Part shown: positions 1 to 13,213 of the stretch, one piece after another | Position numbering within the stretch: position 1 is the stretch's first letter | Layout of the letters: each line of letters opens with the position of its first letter | Assembly (NCBI GenBank): GCA_030704615.1 | Contig: CM060732.1 | Span: forward strand, 9,238,001 to 9,302,000 | From: Takakia lepidozioides | Lineage: Eukaryota; Plantae; Bryophyta | Length of the DNA stretch: 64,000 nucleotides | Direction of reading: 5' to 3' | Notes under the pieces: model-generated | What the model saw: the letters and a program-made list of their open reading frames with translations, nothing else | The model's database searches: none | What the model was told of the DNA's origin: nothing | Made by a program: the position numbers and the translations under genes

Positions 1-215
1 CTCCTAGAATGGCGGACCTTCTAGCGGACTAGGCAGACCCTCCAACACTCCTAGAATGGCGGACCTTCTAACGGACTAGGCAGACCCTCCAACAGACCGA
101 CTCCAACCTTCTAGCAGACCCTCCAGACCGACGAGCGGACTGGCACCTCTCCAGCAGACTGGGCAGACCCCCTCCAGCAGACCAGCTTGGACCCTCCAGC
201 AGACCGGCAGACCCT
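1..215. repeat. Short tandem repeat region (47-bp unit x2 plus degenerate CAGACCCTCCAG sub-repeats), probably part of a truncated retroelement/LTR
   Basis: CTCCTAGAATGGCGGACCTTCTA(G/A)CGGACTAGGCAGACCCTCCAACA is repeated at 1 and 48, followed by several CAGACCCTCCAGCAG-like units. Confidence 0.6.
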
Positions 216-1873
216 TCGACAAAACATATAATTAATAACACACGTTACTGCCACAATACAACGTAACAAGATTTGAACACCACACCTCCTGTTTACCATT
301 CATTACTCTTAGCTACCACACTACCCACCACATTCTACAAACTCCTTGCAATAACTAATGCTTTATGTGCATATTGTGAGCCCCAACACACTAGCTCATG
401 TGTTTTATGGGCCCAACAAACCCGCTGGGCAGACCCATCAGGCATTGGCGGGTCCGGGTAGGGCCGTTCCCACCCGCCAGGACCCTCTACCACACGCGGG
501 CCCGCCGCAATCACATGTGCGGGCATTCATGACCCTATTATTGTTAAATGAGAAGCCCTTCCCCCCACATGACAGTTATTAATTGAACTCCTGCTGTAGC
601 TTAATATAACTCCCGCTTCACAATTCCTAGACCACTCTCTAACCCCCACACCCCCTTTCAAACCTGGACCCTTATGAAGGACTAGCTAGAATTTTCTTTA
701 AATAAAAACTCCAAAAAGTGACTAAAATGTTTACAGACTGTGCAACACGATCTCAGCTCTGCAGAGTGGATGGAGGCAATCTGGCAGAGAGGCCAGTAAA
801 AAGCCCACTTCGCGGCCGCTAGGGTCTGCTGACTCCGTGGACCCCGCGCGACCCGGCCCGGACCGAACCGACTCGACTCGACTCGGCGCATAGACCAGCC
901 CGTGTAGACTAGTGTAGCCTAAACTGAATGCTAATCCGAGTCTAAGGTTTCTTGGAGGCGGCCCCGCTCCCGCCATCGCGCTTGCGCTTCAAGAATTGCA
1001 GGCTCGCGCATCACGCTTGTCTCAGTAGAAGACAGGGGAGGAGGAGTGATGTGGCAAGAGAGAGCGAGACGGTGTATGAAGTGATGCGAGCACACGGAAT
1101 TTAGCCAGGGAAGAACGAGAAAGAAAGGACTGACTGTATACTGTCCGCTAGAGAAAGAGACTTCAGTAGAAGTAAATGAGTCCGTCAGTGTGCTAGATTG
1201 AGGAGATTGCGAATATTTTTCCCTGCTGAACTCCGCTACGCACGCACGCTGGGCACTGACGTCAAGAACTTCGGGAGTAAGTAAGGAGGTGTAACTGATA
1301 GGTGGCTAGGCCCGTAGACTGAGGGAGAGAGGGAGAAAACAGTAATTCTAGAGGTGGAATCTCCATCCGGCAGCAGATAGTCGAAGCCTCTCGCGCAATA
1401 GCTTTCTCTGTTCAGGCATATATACGATTCATGTGCACATATACACACACAGAAGGATAAGTTGACCCGGCAAGTAAATTGGTAGAGATCGAATACAGTA
1501 GCAGCAGTGAAAGAAAGGAAAGCGGGCCTGTCAATTTGCCAAGAAACACACCTGGACTGCTGCCGGACTCCGAATTACAGGAACGGTACTGTAGTGAAGG
1601 AGAGAATCTTGACACTTTCAGAAACTAACACTTGAAAGATCTTATGAGAAGAGAGATTTGCAGGGGTATCTGCAGCAGAGAAGGCTAGGGAGAGAATCAC
1701 TTATCTACCACTTGGTGGAAGAGTTGAGCATGGTGATGAGAGATTCTTTTAGTTTGCAAACTTCAAGACAGGCTGCAGAGGAAAGGGGAAGCTGAGATTT
1801 GAGAGGGAACCAAAGGACAGAGACACTGTCAAATAGAAAAGAACTTGGAAGAACCTTACGTCCGACCTTCTCA

Positions 1874-4800
1874 ATGTGGTCGGTGCATGCCTGTGCATAT
1901 TATGGTGCGGTTTGTCTCCTACTGCTCCTTTCATGCATCACAAGATTGGAGGCACAAATACGTGCACAGTATCGTGTGATGCTCTCTGAACCTCATGTTC
2001 AAACAAGGGCTCCTTTCTTGACTCCATTGCAAGATTATCCTCTTCAGCAAAGGACAATCATAGCACCTTTGGAAAGTGTAGACGAGCAAGCAATTGGATC
2101 AGGAGAGCCATCAAATCCGGGACATGAGATCAAGCCCAGAGTTGACGTGGATGTCTGCATAGGTAGACGCATATTCATGTACGATCTTCCGCCTGACTTC
2201 AACTCAAATATTGTGGCAAGATGCAACTATGGCACCACTAGCTGGCTCAACTTCTGCCCCCATGCAAGTAACGCGGGGCTTGGCTTGCTGGATACAAAGA
2301 AGCCTGGGGAAAGGACTGTCCGGAATCAGGTGGATGACGCATTTCGACATGGGTGGTATAAGACAGATCCCTACATGCTGGAGTTGATTTTTCATTCACG
2401 CTTGCGATACTATCCCTGTCGCACCTCCGATCCTGCCATAGCCGATGCCTTCTTCCTCCCTTACTACACGGGCTTGGATGCCCTCCGCTACTTGTACAAC
2501 CCCACGGTACATCTTACTCCCGGTGTTGATCACTTGAACCTGTAACGCAATTTCTTTCTAGAGATGTGGACATGCTCTCTCAAGTTCTCCTCAATGCAGA
2601 TCGATTGCCCTGTCAAGTAGTGACCACCGGAACGGTCTATTCAGGACTCTCTTGCTCTATTATATGCCCTCCCTGACATCCTTAGAAGCACTTCCAATTT
2701 GAAAGTAGGATCATAACTTGTCATCGTCGTAGAGTAATGGGAACGTCATACAGAAAACTTTAACGGAATACAGATTTGGGCCCTCTCTATGCATATTTCA
2801 TGCTGGACCAAGTTTGTTCAAGTTCAAATTTAGTCTTGGACTTCGTATGACAAATGGATAGAGAAAGAGCTCTTCTGAATGTCAGGTCACTATTCATTCG
2901 TCTGGAGATTGATCTCGGTACTTAAGCATGCTCAAATCCGCCATGGTACTGTCCGAAGTTCTCAACTGGACACTGGTGGGCTATTCAGCTGTTAAAATGT
3001 AATGTAACAAGACAATTTGTTCCAATTTGGAACCAATGTTTTGAAATCTGCAGGAGCATGAAGTATCCAATTGATGATCATGTGAACATATTCCAGCTTC
3101 AGAAGGTTTGCTTCCTGAAGAGCATAGAAGCTCGAGCAATATCTTATAATTTGCTGATATGATCCCTCTCTTCTTGTCGTGGTCCCATGGGCCCCTATGA
3201 GGCTTTGGACATCCCATAAGCTCTTTGAGCTTTCGGTGGATGTCATATAAAGTTGTACCATAATTTCATTTCCTTAGATTGAGTTTCCCTTGAGCTTGGT
3301 TGCTATTGGCCTGTTTGTGGCCCCTCTCTCTTTGAACTTTCTTCCTTTGTTTGTACCATTTCATTTCATTTTGACTTTTCATTTCCATTGTCCCATAAGC
3401 TCTTTGAGCTTCCCACGGAGGCACCATTTCATTTTCATTTTCCCCATTCCCCTGATCTCTCTCTCATATCTGACATTTTTTAATCATAACCTATCATGTG
3501 ACCAAATAGGGGCAGACAGACACACATGGCGAAAAGCTTTTTGCATGGCTGGAGGAAAATGCAGCAAAGGAATGGGCCCGCTATGGAGGCAAGGACCATT
3601 TCATGGTGCTTGGACGAACATCATGGGATTTTGGAGAAGTGATGTCCAATGGAAAAGAAACATGGGGTACAGGAATTCTTGGCTTGCCTCACATGAAGAA
3701 TGTAACTGGTCTATTCATAGAAAAAAGACCTTGGATGGACAATGAGGAAGCTGTGCCCTACCCGACCTCGTTCCATCCTTCCCCGCCTGAGCTGCAGCAA
3801 TGGTTGGCCAAAGTCCGCAGTGCTCAGCGCACACATCTGTTTGCTTTCGCAGGTACGTTTTTAAAGAACACGTGTATGCTCCATTTTAAAGGAAGTTCTA
3901 AAGAACCACATGCATGTATGCATGCTGAAATATATATATATATATATATTTGCAGAAACAGAGACCTTTATTCCACCTAAATGTTAGCACAATCCAGCGG
4001 CATATGACAACCAGATGACAACATCTCAAAAGAGATGGGGGAGGAGTAACATTCCACCGTACCCCTCTATCCAAATGGAAGCAAAAGAAGGAAGAACATG
4101 CTGAAATATTATTAACTTGGACGTTACATGCCTCTCTCCCCCCCCACCATAGACTCCACGGATTGTAAAATTAGAGACAGCACAGTATATGGATCTGTCC
4201 GAACTCCGGCTTTGGTATCATTTCTCCGGGATGTGCACGCACCTCCATTAATCTTTTAATTTGTAACTTAATCTAGGGAATTCCAGCAGTAGTTGTAAAA
4301 TGATCGATCGACTGGTGAAAATCCTGTAGGAAATCCAATACTGCTGGCTGTCCTTGGTAGAAGCATCAGAGAATGCAGTACATTAAAATATTTCACCAAT
4401 CCTCTCAATCAATGGTTCACTCGAGCCATAAACGCTTGAATTTATATCTTATCTTGAAATCAAAGGTAACTGCATTGTTGCTGATGTCTCCTTGAGAGCA
4501 ATAATTGAAGGCGCTTTGCTCGTTGTGTCCTGGTTTCTTTGATCCAAGGCGCCTAAGGGTGCGTTGCCGTTACAAATGGGAACTCGCCCTAGGTAGGTAT
4601 TGTCCAGGTGAAATGGGACTGGGGCCATAGCTCTCCTAGAAAGTTACAGTCTGTGATATAGGGCAAGTGGATGGACCTGCTAGCTCTAATTTCTCTAGAT
4701 AACTTGTTTGGAGGAGCCTTGGAGCATTCGTGCATTCCAGTATAGGCATGTTTCCTTACACTGCTTGGCTCCATGCAGAATAAGCAAGCACGCCTTAACT

Positions 4801-5904
4801 GGACGTCCATTGGTTTTTGTTCGACGTTACTGTGCAGTTGACTTTCTCTCGTGTCAATGGAGTGAGAGCTAAGGTGACTCTGTGCTTGTCAATCAAGACA
4901 AAAATATTTACAACGCCTGCAAGGGCATAAATTACCTAGCAATTTTCTTTTTCCCAGCTGTCTCTCTTGTAATGCAATACTAATAGGGTAGTCATGAGCA
5001 GACTCTATGTGAACCTTAATTTGAGTGTTCACTTTTAATTCTCTGACTACCCTCTGTATTTCTCTGCAGGGGCAACTCGAGCCAACCTAAAAGAGAGCAT
5101 TCGTAACAGGCTGCTGCAGCAGTGCAAAAAATCATTTGTCTGTAGGCTGGTAAATTGCCAGAAGCTAAAGTGCAGCCATAATCCAAGACCGATCATGCGT
5201 GTCTTCTTGCATTCTAAATTCTGTCTTCAACCAAGGGGCGACACTCCTACCCGTCGATCAGCATTTGATGCCATGATTGCAGGGTGCATTCCAGTGTTTT
5301 TCCACCATGACTCGGCTTTACACACACAGCTCCCGCGGGAAGCAGAGAGGTACTGTCCATGCTTTAGTCCTTCCGCCAGATTTTCATTTCCCTTGTGTCA
5401 TTGAATACCTCCATCCGAGGTCCTGCGGTGCCCAAGCAACCTCTGTAAGTGTCAGACTACGGCCTTGTAGATAATTGATTTAAACATGTGGATAAGTGTC
5501 CAGATTGATAAGCTGACTGAAGGTTCCCCTGCAAAGCGGCGCGCGCAATCGCGGCGGGTACATGAAGAGGTCGGGAGAGAAGAGGGCACCGGACATTTTG
5601 ATCACCTGTGTAAAAATTCCTGATTTTTTTATTTGGGTGATAACTGGCATGCAGATACTCTGTGTACATTTCTGAGGGGCAGATCAGGTCAGGGATATCC
5701 GTAGAAGCCCAGCTCAGTAAATACTCAGATAAGCACATTCAGGAGATGCGTGAAAACATCATATCCTTCATCCCGAGGTTACTATATGGCAGACAGTCGG
5801 ACCGACCGCGACTCCAAAGTGTGGATGATGCTTTTGACGTAAGCATTCAAGGAGTTCTTCAAAAAATTGCAACCCTCAAGGAGCAGATGACGCGCCAATC
5901 ATGA
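1874..5904 (+). CDS. Glycosyltransferase family 47 (exostosin), xyloglucan galactosyl/galacturonosyltransferase-like (KATAMARI1/MUR3/XLT2/XUT1 clade); exons 1874-2506, 3510-3852, 5070-5349, 5655-5904; 501 aa
   Basis: N-terminal hydrophobic anchor (AVCLLLLLSC). GT47 motifs: CxGRRIFMYDLPPDFN, WYKTDPYMLELIFH..L..YPCRT.DP..ADAFFLPYY.GLD, GGKDHFMVLGRTSWDF, AVPYPTSFHP, LFAFAG, SKFCLQPRGDTPTRRSAFDAMIAGCIPVFF, DDAFDVSI. All three introns are GT..AG with compatible phases (0,1,2); the spliced length is 1506 nt with no stops. Confidence 0.92.
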
Positions 5905-6351
5905 GCAGACTCTTGACTTGAATTCATCCATACATCTTCTCGGAAAGAAGAGTTTCCCCTTTGTACACCAGTAGTAGACCATATGCAGCTTAATAATCCT
6001 CGACCTATACGTCAACTTGTCAGTGCCCGGCAAGGTGCAATCCGGGCTTAAGCTATTCACTCATTTGAAATGCAGGCCCGAACCTGTATGTGAATTCATA
6101 ATTGGTCTGGAGCCCTGTGAGACCTGGGCTACTCATAGACATACCTCGAATAGCTGCGAGGTTAAATCAAACAGAGATTGATCAGTCACAGTTGCTCGTA
6201 CAGAATATATAACATGGCACTGACAATATCCAAACAGCTACTGCATGTTGCAACTCAGCCCTGTATATTCGTGAGCGCTATACATATATTATAAAAGAGC
6301 GAAGGCCTCACACGTGTCTTCTGAGAACTTTCAGCGCACACGCCACAAACC

Positions 6352-7189
6352 TGATTAGATAACTACTCTCCCTCCTTGCAAAACCTGGAGCCCTGTGAGA
6401 CTCATTTTGAGCCTGAGAGGATATGCTCCCGTCCTCCCAAGGTGCGCACTTAGTTCAAAGGGGTAAAGCAGAAAGAGCGAGCTTAGCACACGAGAGGGAA
6501 TCAAGCGTAGAGGAACCTGACATTGCATGAGAGAGAGAGAGAACATCCACTTCTCTTACACTCCAAATACACTTGTACATCAAAAAGACCCCTAACCTTT
6601 GGTCTGCCCGGGTTTATGGTTTATACATGAAATCCTAGAGTGGTGCCTGACTGCCACGTGGCGAGGCGTAATAGACCCGTTACGAGGCGCCTCATCTGAG
6701 CCATCGAAATGTCGGATGGCCAAGATCATGCCAACATGCGAGGGTAACCCTCGTATGTTCATGATGCCTAACTGCCAGCAACGGTACAAAAGCCGAAAAA
6801 TACGGAGGATGAAGAAATAGGTACTGCTAAATGGATGAATAAGGTAATAATGTCACGATGATGAGATGAGTCTTCACATCTATGAAAACTTCCCCCGGTG
6901 AAAAATCCGAGCTCTGCGAGGTAAAATATTTTTGTCAAAGATAAGCTCAATAGGAATAATCACCCTCCACCGCAGGATGAAAAACCTACCAAGGAAAAAC
7001 CTCGCACTTGCAAATTGGGCCGAGGACAAACCCTTGGGTAGGAAAACCTAGACAGGGAGTACATGTGGTGATCATCTTAAGTCCATAAAATCTAGAAGAC
7101 TACATCACAAAGTTTATCAAAGCCACACAACAAAAACTAAGCCGAAGAAGAGCAGATCCACACAAGTCATCCCAGGTAGCATTCCAACA
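6352..7189 (-). mobile_element. Possible solo or partial LTR
   Basis: The minus strand begins TGTTGGAATG at 7189 and has LTR-like composition. The left end is uncertain and no TSD was found. Confidence 0.3.
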
Positions 7190-7219
7190 AGTCTTGTACG
7201 GCAAAACAATGTTCCAGTT

Positions 7220-8070
7220 CACTACAAGAAAAACCAGCTTTTACAATTGTATGTTATGACTGTGTTTGCAGACAAATCAGCCATTTACGACTTCCTGTCT
7301 TTAAAGTCACAAAAGCCCTATCAGAACAACATTTTCAAGGCAATTCACTAAGTGGTTGTCGAAGGGGGAGCCTAGTCCGGTGTTTTTTAAATGATTTTGT
7401 TTTTTTGTTTTTTTTTTCCCGGCTGAAGATTAAACAGTGACCGCCAAAGTGGCGGTCACTTCATTTTCTTTTTTTATTATATTAAGCGACCGCCACATTG
7501 CCGCTCGCTTAATTCTTTAAAATTTAAAAAAAAATGACCACTATTTTTTTTTTTCTGTTTTTTTTGTTTTTTCGCTCTTTTTTTGTTTAAATTTTATCCA
7601 GCGGCTGGTAATCTGGCGGTCGCTGAATTTTTAAAATTTAAAAAAAAATCTCCTGTTTTTTTTTTTTTTTCCCCTCCCTTCTCGCTTTAAGTTTAAACAG
7701 CGACCGCCATATTGGCGGTTGCTTTATTTTCTCTTAAAAAAAATATTAAGCGACCGCCAGATCGGCGGTCGCTTAATTCCTTAAAATTGAAAAGAACAAT
7801 CATCAATTTTGCAGTTTCTTTTTTTTTTGGTTAATCTTTAAGTTACGACTGCCAATATTGGCGGTCGCTTTATTTTGTTTTTCTAAAAACATATTAAGCG
7901 ACCGCCAATCTGGCGGTCTCTTTAATTTTTTTAAATAAAAATACGACCGCCAATTTTTTCTTTCGATTTGTTTTGTTCTTTTCGTTGATTAAAAAATTTA
8001 TTCTTTTTTTTAGAAAAATATTAAGCGACCATCAGATTGGCGATCGCTTAAATTTTTAATAAAAAACAAA
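7220..8070 (+). mobile_element. CACTA (En/Spm) element 5' end with subterminal repeat array
   Basis: CACTACAAGAAAAA at 7220. About 10 palindromic AAGCGACCGCCA-NNN-TGGCGGTCGCTT units separated by A/T tracts follow at 7430-8050. Confidence 0.7.
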
Positions 8071-8757
8071 ATGGGGGTTGGTGAACTAGACAGGCATCCA
8101 ATTTGATTTGAAGATTTTCAATGAGATAGAGATGAAGAGGAAGTTGTCCAGACAAAAATCCAATTCATCAAGGCTGACTTAAATCATAGAAACAAGTTTT
8201 CCACATTGAATGTCGCCGCATTGGGTACAAAAGGCTGTTACAAGAAAGCCCAAGCATGGTCCAAGGGCTTCTGCCACATAAAGTGACAGTACTATGATTG
8301 TTGAAAAGATATGGAGTTTGTATACATAAAGAGCTAACTCAAATTGCTCATCAGATTGACAAAGGTGACATGTTTGAAATCTACCTGTGGCCTCCATTTG
8401 TCTGAGTTTTTTTTAATGATCCAGTCATGTATGCTATTCAGTTCACACCCTAAGTCTCCCTTAAGGGATGCTTGGGAGTGGGTATGTACTGTGTAGAGGG
8501 TTCTCCGTAGTATCTGGGTTCCTTCTATTCACTTAATGAGTGTGTCCAGATTGATCAATGTTGTTACCATAAAAGACAAATTGTTCCGATCTATGCTATA
8601 AATGATTTCTCTAACTCCCTCAAACTGGCAGCGTTCGGTCTACTCTATTGTCTCTTACTTATCCTACTTGTGTTCTTTTGCATGGCATCTGATTGGTAGT
8701 TTATGTGATTGAGTGGATTCATGAGTGGAGTGTTCCCATTGTGTTCACTTTCATTAT

Positions 8758-9470
8758 CACTACAAGAAGATCACCTTATGATTGCGAGTGCGGAGTGTAA
8801 GGATTAGTTTAGCACTTGTGTTGGTGTACACCAAGGAGTGAGAGAGCTAGGAAAAGCTCGATGTGGAAAAGTATGCTCGAGTGTGGAACATGTCCTCAGA
8901 CAAGTGTATATTGTGAAAACACTCTGTCACCTTTCCCACTATTTAACACAATTAATTTTTTCCCGTGTTGGGAAGAAATAGACAAGTTTTTTTCACAAGA
9001 AGACGCCACTTCAGGAGATGTTATAGCCATCAGTCTTTGCTGACATCTCATCAGTATCCTCCAAGGACATGGGAGTTCTTTGCCTTGATCTGAAAGTGGT
9101 AAACACCAGCATACGACAAAATGAAATCCTCAAGTTATTGAGGACGAACTTTGAGCAACCGAATGTCATTTTTTTTTTTTTTTTTTAAAAACAAAGAGAA
9201 ACACATGGGAGCGATTGCTCACAAATCAAGCCCCTTAATTGTGGTGAGAGCAAAAAATAACCTCTTTCATAGATACCGCCGTAAGGCGCTGAGAAATGAG
9301 ACACTGCCCATGGGAAGGGGCATTTTTTCTTTCTCAAAAATTAGGAAAAAAAAACAACGTGACCGCCAATATGACGGTCGCTTCACATTTTTAAATTAAA
9401 GAAAAACAACCGCCAATTATGCGGTCGCTTAATTGTCTTTTTTTTTTAAAACAACGACCGTCAATTTGGC
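8758..9470 (+). mobile_element. Second CACTA-type terminus and further copies of the same subterminal repeat
   Basis: CACTACAAGAAG at 8758. GACCGCCAAT-ATGACGGTCGC-type units at 9360-9470 are truncated at 9470. Confidence 0.45.
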
Positions 9471-10232
9471 ATGGCCTCATAGATACTTGCCCAAGCTCCT
9501 TCCAAACCCTTCTACTCTATTTATGGCTTCCCAGCGGTCGCCTGTCACAAAGTGTCGAGGCGACCACCGACCGGTCGACCACAAAGATTCTCTAGAACCT
9601 TCCTAGTACCTCTCGAACCTAGGGAGGAGAGGACTCCAATTCCTTCTCCCAATGCCCCTCCTTCTCCGGGTGCTTGAGACAAGACACTCACTAGAAAGGG
9701 CTAAGTTCCCCCCTTTCCAAGCTCAATCTTAAGCTTGTGGTAAAGGGTCAATAAGCACTGCAAGTCTAATAAGTTAAAAAGTTCAATCAGTTCCCCATAA
9801 GTCACTTAAGTTCTCCAAGTTCAAAATGTTCAATCAGGCGCCTTAATCCTTATCTAGGAATTTCCACCCTCAGAAATATTATAAAATAATTATAAATACA
9901 AAAATTAAGAAAACACCTCCCAAGTAGAGTATCATGGGGAGAATCCAGAGATGCCAAAGGCACCCCCATTAGAACGTGGGAACCGAATGGAACGTCCGGA
10001 TCGCCTGGGAACCATTCTCCCGTCACGGGGAATCGCCGCGCCTCCACGGATGAATGAAAATCGTCGGGTCAGACCTTTCGCCTCATTCGTTAGCTTCAAG
10101 ACGTGCCTGCCTTAATCCTAAAATATTCCCCTGGTGGGACCAAGCATGGTTTCACCCCACTCATATTAAATTAAAGAGAACCCAGCGCTTTCCCTCCTTA
10201 GAAAAGGTCATCCCCTACCCTGGGATCTGACA
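9471..10232 (-). mobile_element. Partial LTR fragment
   Basis: Abrupt junction with the CACTA repeats at 9470. The minus strand starts TGTCAGATCCCAGGG at 10232, an LTR-like terminus. Confidence 0.35.
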
Positions 10233-10768
10233 CGTTGAGCCACTGTAGCCTAGAATTTCGGACAGTGTACTTCTTGTTCACTCCCGTCTCCCGCTGCCTC
10301 TACCTCTCTCTCTCTGAGCTCACGGGTTTCCGCCTGCTATTCTCTTGCTTGACTGAAACGCCCCTTCAAGGGCTCTCTCCTTCCAAAAACTAGGAATTTT
10401 TCTACCAACAAACATGGAGATAAAGCCATCTAACCCCTTAAACGGCTCTGAATCAAATGAAATAGTGGAGGGTCAAGGCCCCTTAAAAACGCGATCCCTG
10501 CTGTACCCGCGGGACAAAGGCGCTTCCCCGCCACATGGCAGGGCGTGAGTCCGTGCACGCCGGTCCCTGCTGCGGACAATGCGACCACTGGTCCGCGGGC
10601 CCAACTTTTACCCATCGGACAATGCGCCCGATTTTTGCACGTTTGCTTATCCCGCATGCGGATTTCCTTTCTCCTTAGTACGGCGGCAGTCCGTGGGCCC
10701 GCGTCTCTGAGCGATCTGGCGCATGGCCACGGCTGCTCCCCGTGGCTGTTTTTTCCAGCTCCTAGCTC

Positions 10769-11200
10769 TATGGCTTTGGAGACCTATGAGCAAATGATGT
10801 GTGAAGGGGTGAAGCCCAACCACATAACGTTTGTTTGCATTTGCAATGTGTGTGCAAGCTTGGCAGCCCTGGAAACAAAGAGGTCCATGGTGACATTGTC
10901 AAATCTGAAATTGTACCCGATGTCAATCTGAACACTGCTGTGGACATGATGTCAAATGTGGGTGCATCGAGGATGCAAAGGGAGTGTTCGACAGTAGGGC
11001 TGAACGAGATGTGGTGTCGTGGAGTGCGATGATTGTAGGATATGCACAGCAAGGGTGCAGGATGGAGGCTTTGGAGACCTTGAGCAAATGATGTGCGAAG
11101 GGCCGAGCAGGGCGAGTGGATGAGGTAGAGGACTTCATTAACAAAATGCCAATCAGTCCGAAGAATTTTGTTTCAAGCTGGCCCGTTTTGGCTTCGGGGC
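10769..11200 (+). pseudogene. PLS-class pentatricopeptide repeat (PPR) pseudogene fragment
   Basis: Frameshifted PPR motifs: ALETYEQMMCEGVKPNHITFVCICNVCASLAALE, KEVHGDIVKSEIVPDVNLNTAVDM, a DVVSWSAMIVGYAQQG-like segment, and GRAGRVDEVEDFINKMPISP (S2/E-type). There is an internal deletion and stop codons. Confidence 0.8.
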
Positions 11201-11493
11201 ATCTCATCCCCCCGCCTTCTCTAACTTCTGTGCAGTGTGCAGAACTCTCTCCTCTCATGCTTTTTATGACCACCTCGCAAGTTCTTAGAGCTAACCACTT
11301 TAGAGATGATAGGGGAACTACAACAACGTGTGGGGGATGAGAAGAGTACGGTACTGGATCAAACTTCAGCATTGCAATCTGGGGATAATTGTCAGTCTTC
11401 TTCCTGCAAAGAAGTGATGATCGGCACCGATCGGCACTTCTTCTCCTCTGTGAGCCTGTACACATCTATTTGCTGCTGTAAAGCCTCCATGCG

Positions 11494-11702
11494 CGAAATT
11501 CATTGCTCGCGAAGAAAAAAAAAATTTCGGGAGGACTTCGGATGAATGTCGGCGCCGAAATTCATTGCTCGCAAAGAAAAAAAAATTCTGAGGACTTCGG
11601 GATGAATTTCTCGGCGCCGAAAGTCATTGCTCGCGAAGAAAAATGAAAATTAGAAGGGAGTACTTGGATGAGATTCGGCGCCGAAGTTCATCTGTCGCAA
11701 AG

Positions 11703-11740
<38 letters not shown>

Positions 11741-12097
11741 CTTCCGCATTGAAATCCATCCGCAGGGCAGCAGAATTAGGGTCGGAAAAGGAGATGAAGA
11801 ATGAATTTCGGGGCCGAAATACATCCATTCTGCCGATTCAGGATTACTGTCATTCGGATGTCAGCACCGATATCCGGACACGTGGTGAATCACGACTGTA
11901 ATCAGGAACACATTCATCCGTATTTTGGCATCCAAATTCAACCCTCATGTGCAGAAACAATTTGATGAAGAAGATGTTCATCCGAATTTCGGCACCGAAA
12001 TCCATCCGTTGGGTGCTTGGTTAGTTTCATGAGGTGAACAAATTACTATTTCTGTCGCCGGAATTCATCCCCTGGCTTCCAAAGTTGTTTTACAGTG
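11494..12097. repeat. Array of palindromic GATGAATTTCGGCGCCGAAATTCAT units (CACTA-like subterminal repeats), ending in ...TTTTACAGTG (CACTG-type terminus)
   Basis: Repeated (T)TCGGCGCCGAAA(T/G)TCAT cores with poly-A spacers. The reverse complement of the right end reads CACTGTAAAAC. Confidence 0.55.
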
Positions 12098-13213
12098 CTT
12101 CAAGATTTTGCAGACCGGCAACGAAGTCAGTTTTTTTTTTTTTTTTTCCCAGTCAGTTTTATTCCTGCAAAGAAGTGATGATCGGCACCGATCATCATTT
12201 ACAGTGCTTCAAGATTTTGCAGAGTATTTTTCATTTCGGCCAGAAATGTGGTTCACATTGTTTTGCTTTCATGTTTGAGTCCTGCATCTTTCCCCCATTC
12301 GACAGCCCCCTGCCCAGTTTTTTGCTTCCTATGTATGCAGAAGAAATGGCACTTCGCACATGCATGGTTCTCATGGTTCAACATGACTGGCATGACATGG
12401 GAATTGTCAAGGCAATGAGGGGAAACCATGTTGTGATAAACTTGTAAGCTCGGTCACTCGAACGTTTGTCAGAGGATAAGGCATGTCGGGGGTTGGGGGA
12501 AGGTGCTATTTTCCTATTATATGCTCTTCCATCTCGAACTATTGTGTATCTTTGTAGTGTCGCTATGTACTGCAAGAATCTTTTGAATGTGATCCCAACT
12601 CTCATTGTTATTTGGGGAGGGAGCAAGGTCTTCCCGTGGCAGCCTCCATGGCACTCACGTTGTGAGGTTATTTTTTCGTCCTTGTAATTGTAATAGTGAA
12701 ACTTACAATTCTAATTGCACAATGTTGTGGAATGGATGCCACAGTTGTAGGCTTATTTCCCATTTTGGGTGTTTGATAGTCTTCATTGTATTCAGCCAAC
12801 GATTGCCTGGATTAATCCCACGGTCATAGGACCCTCCTCGGATATAGGCACCGTATGTTTATGCTGACGTGGCAGATGACGACGCAGTGCTATGTCAGCA
12901 TTTGTCGCCATGTCAGCCTACTGACATCACGCTCAGGCCACGTCAGCGTGGTGACATGGCGTGAACGTACGCTCACGCGCAAGGCTCATGCCGTTGCGTC
13001 GTTGGTCAAGAATAATCCTCTTATATGGACTATTGGTATCATGTTTGTTTGTGCAGTGGCTTATATTCCCAAGAGTTTGATCCACCTTCTCATGTGGCTT
13101 TGGCAGCGGCTGACACTTGCTCACCACATTGAACCCACCTCAAACATCGGAATATCTGATAGTGAAGAAAAACCTTGGCTTTGTGCAATGTTGTACTTTC
13201 TAGCCCATTAAAT

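Noticed and set aside
11360-11440. DYW deaminase domain remnant (SGDNCQSSSCKEVMIGTD..)
   Set aside because: Only vague similarity; no HSE, CxxC or DYW motif is recoverable.
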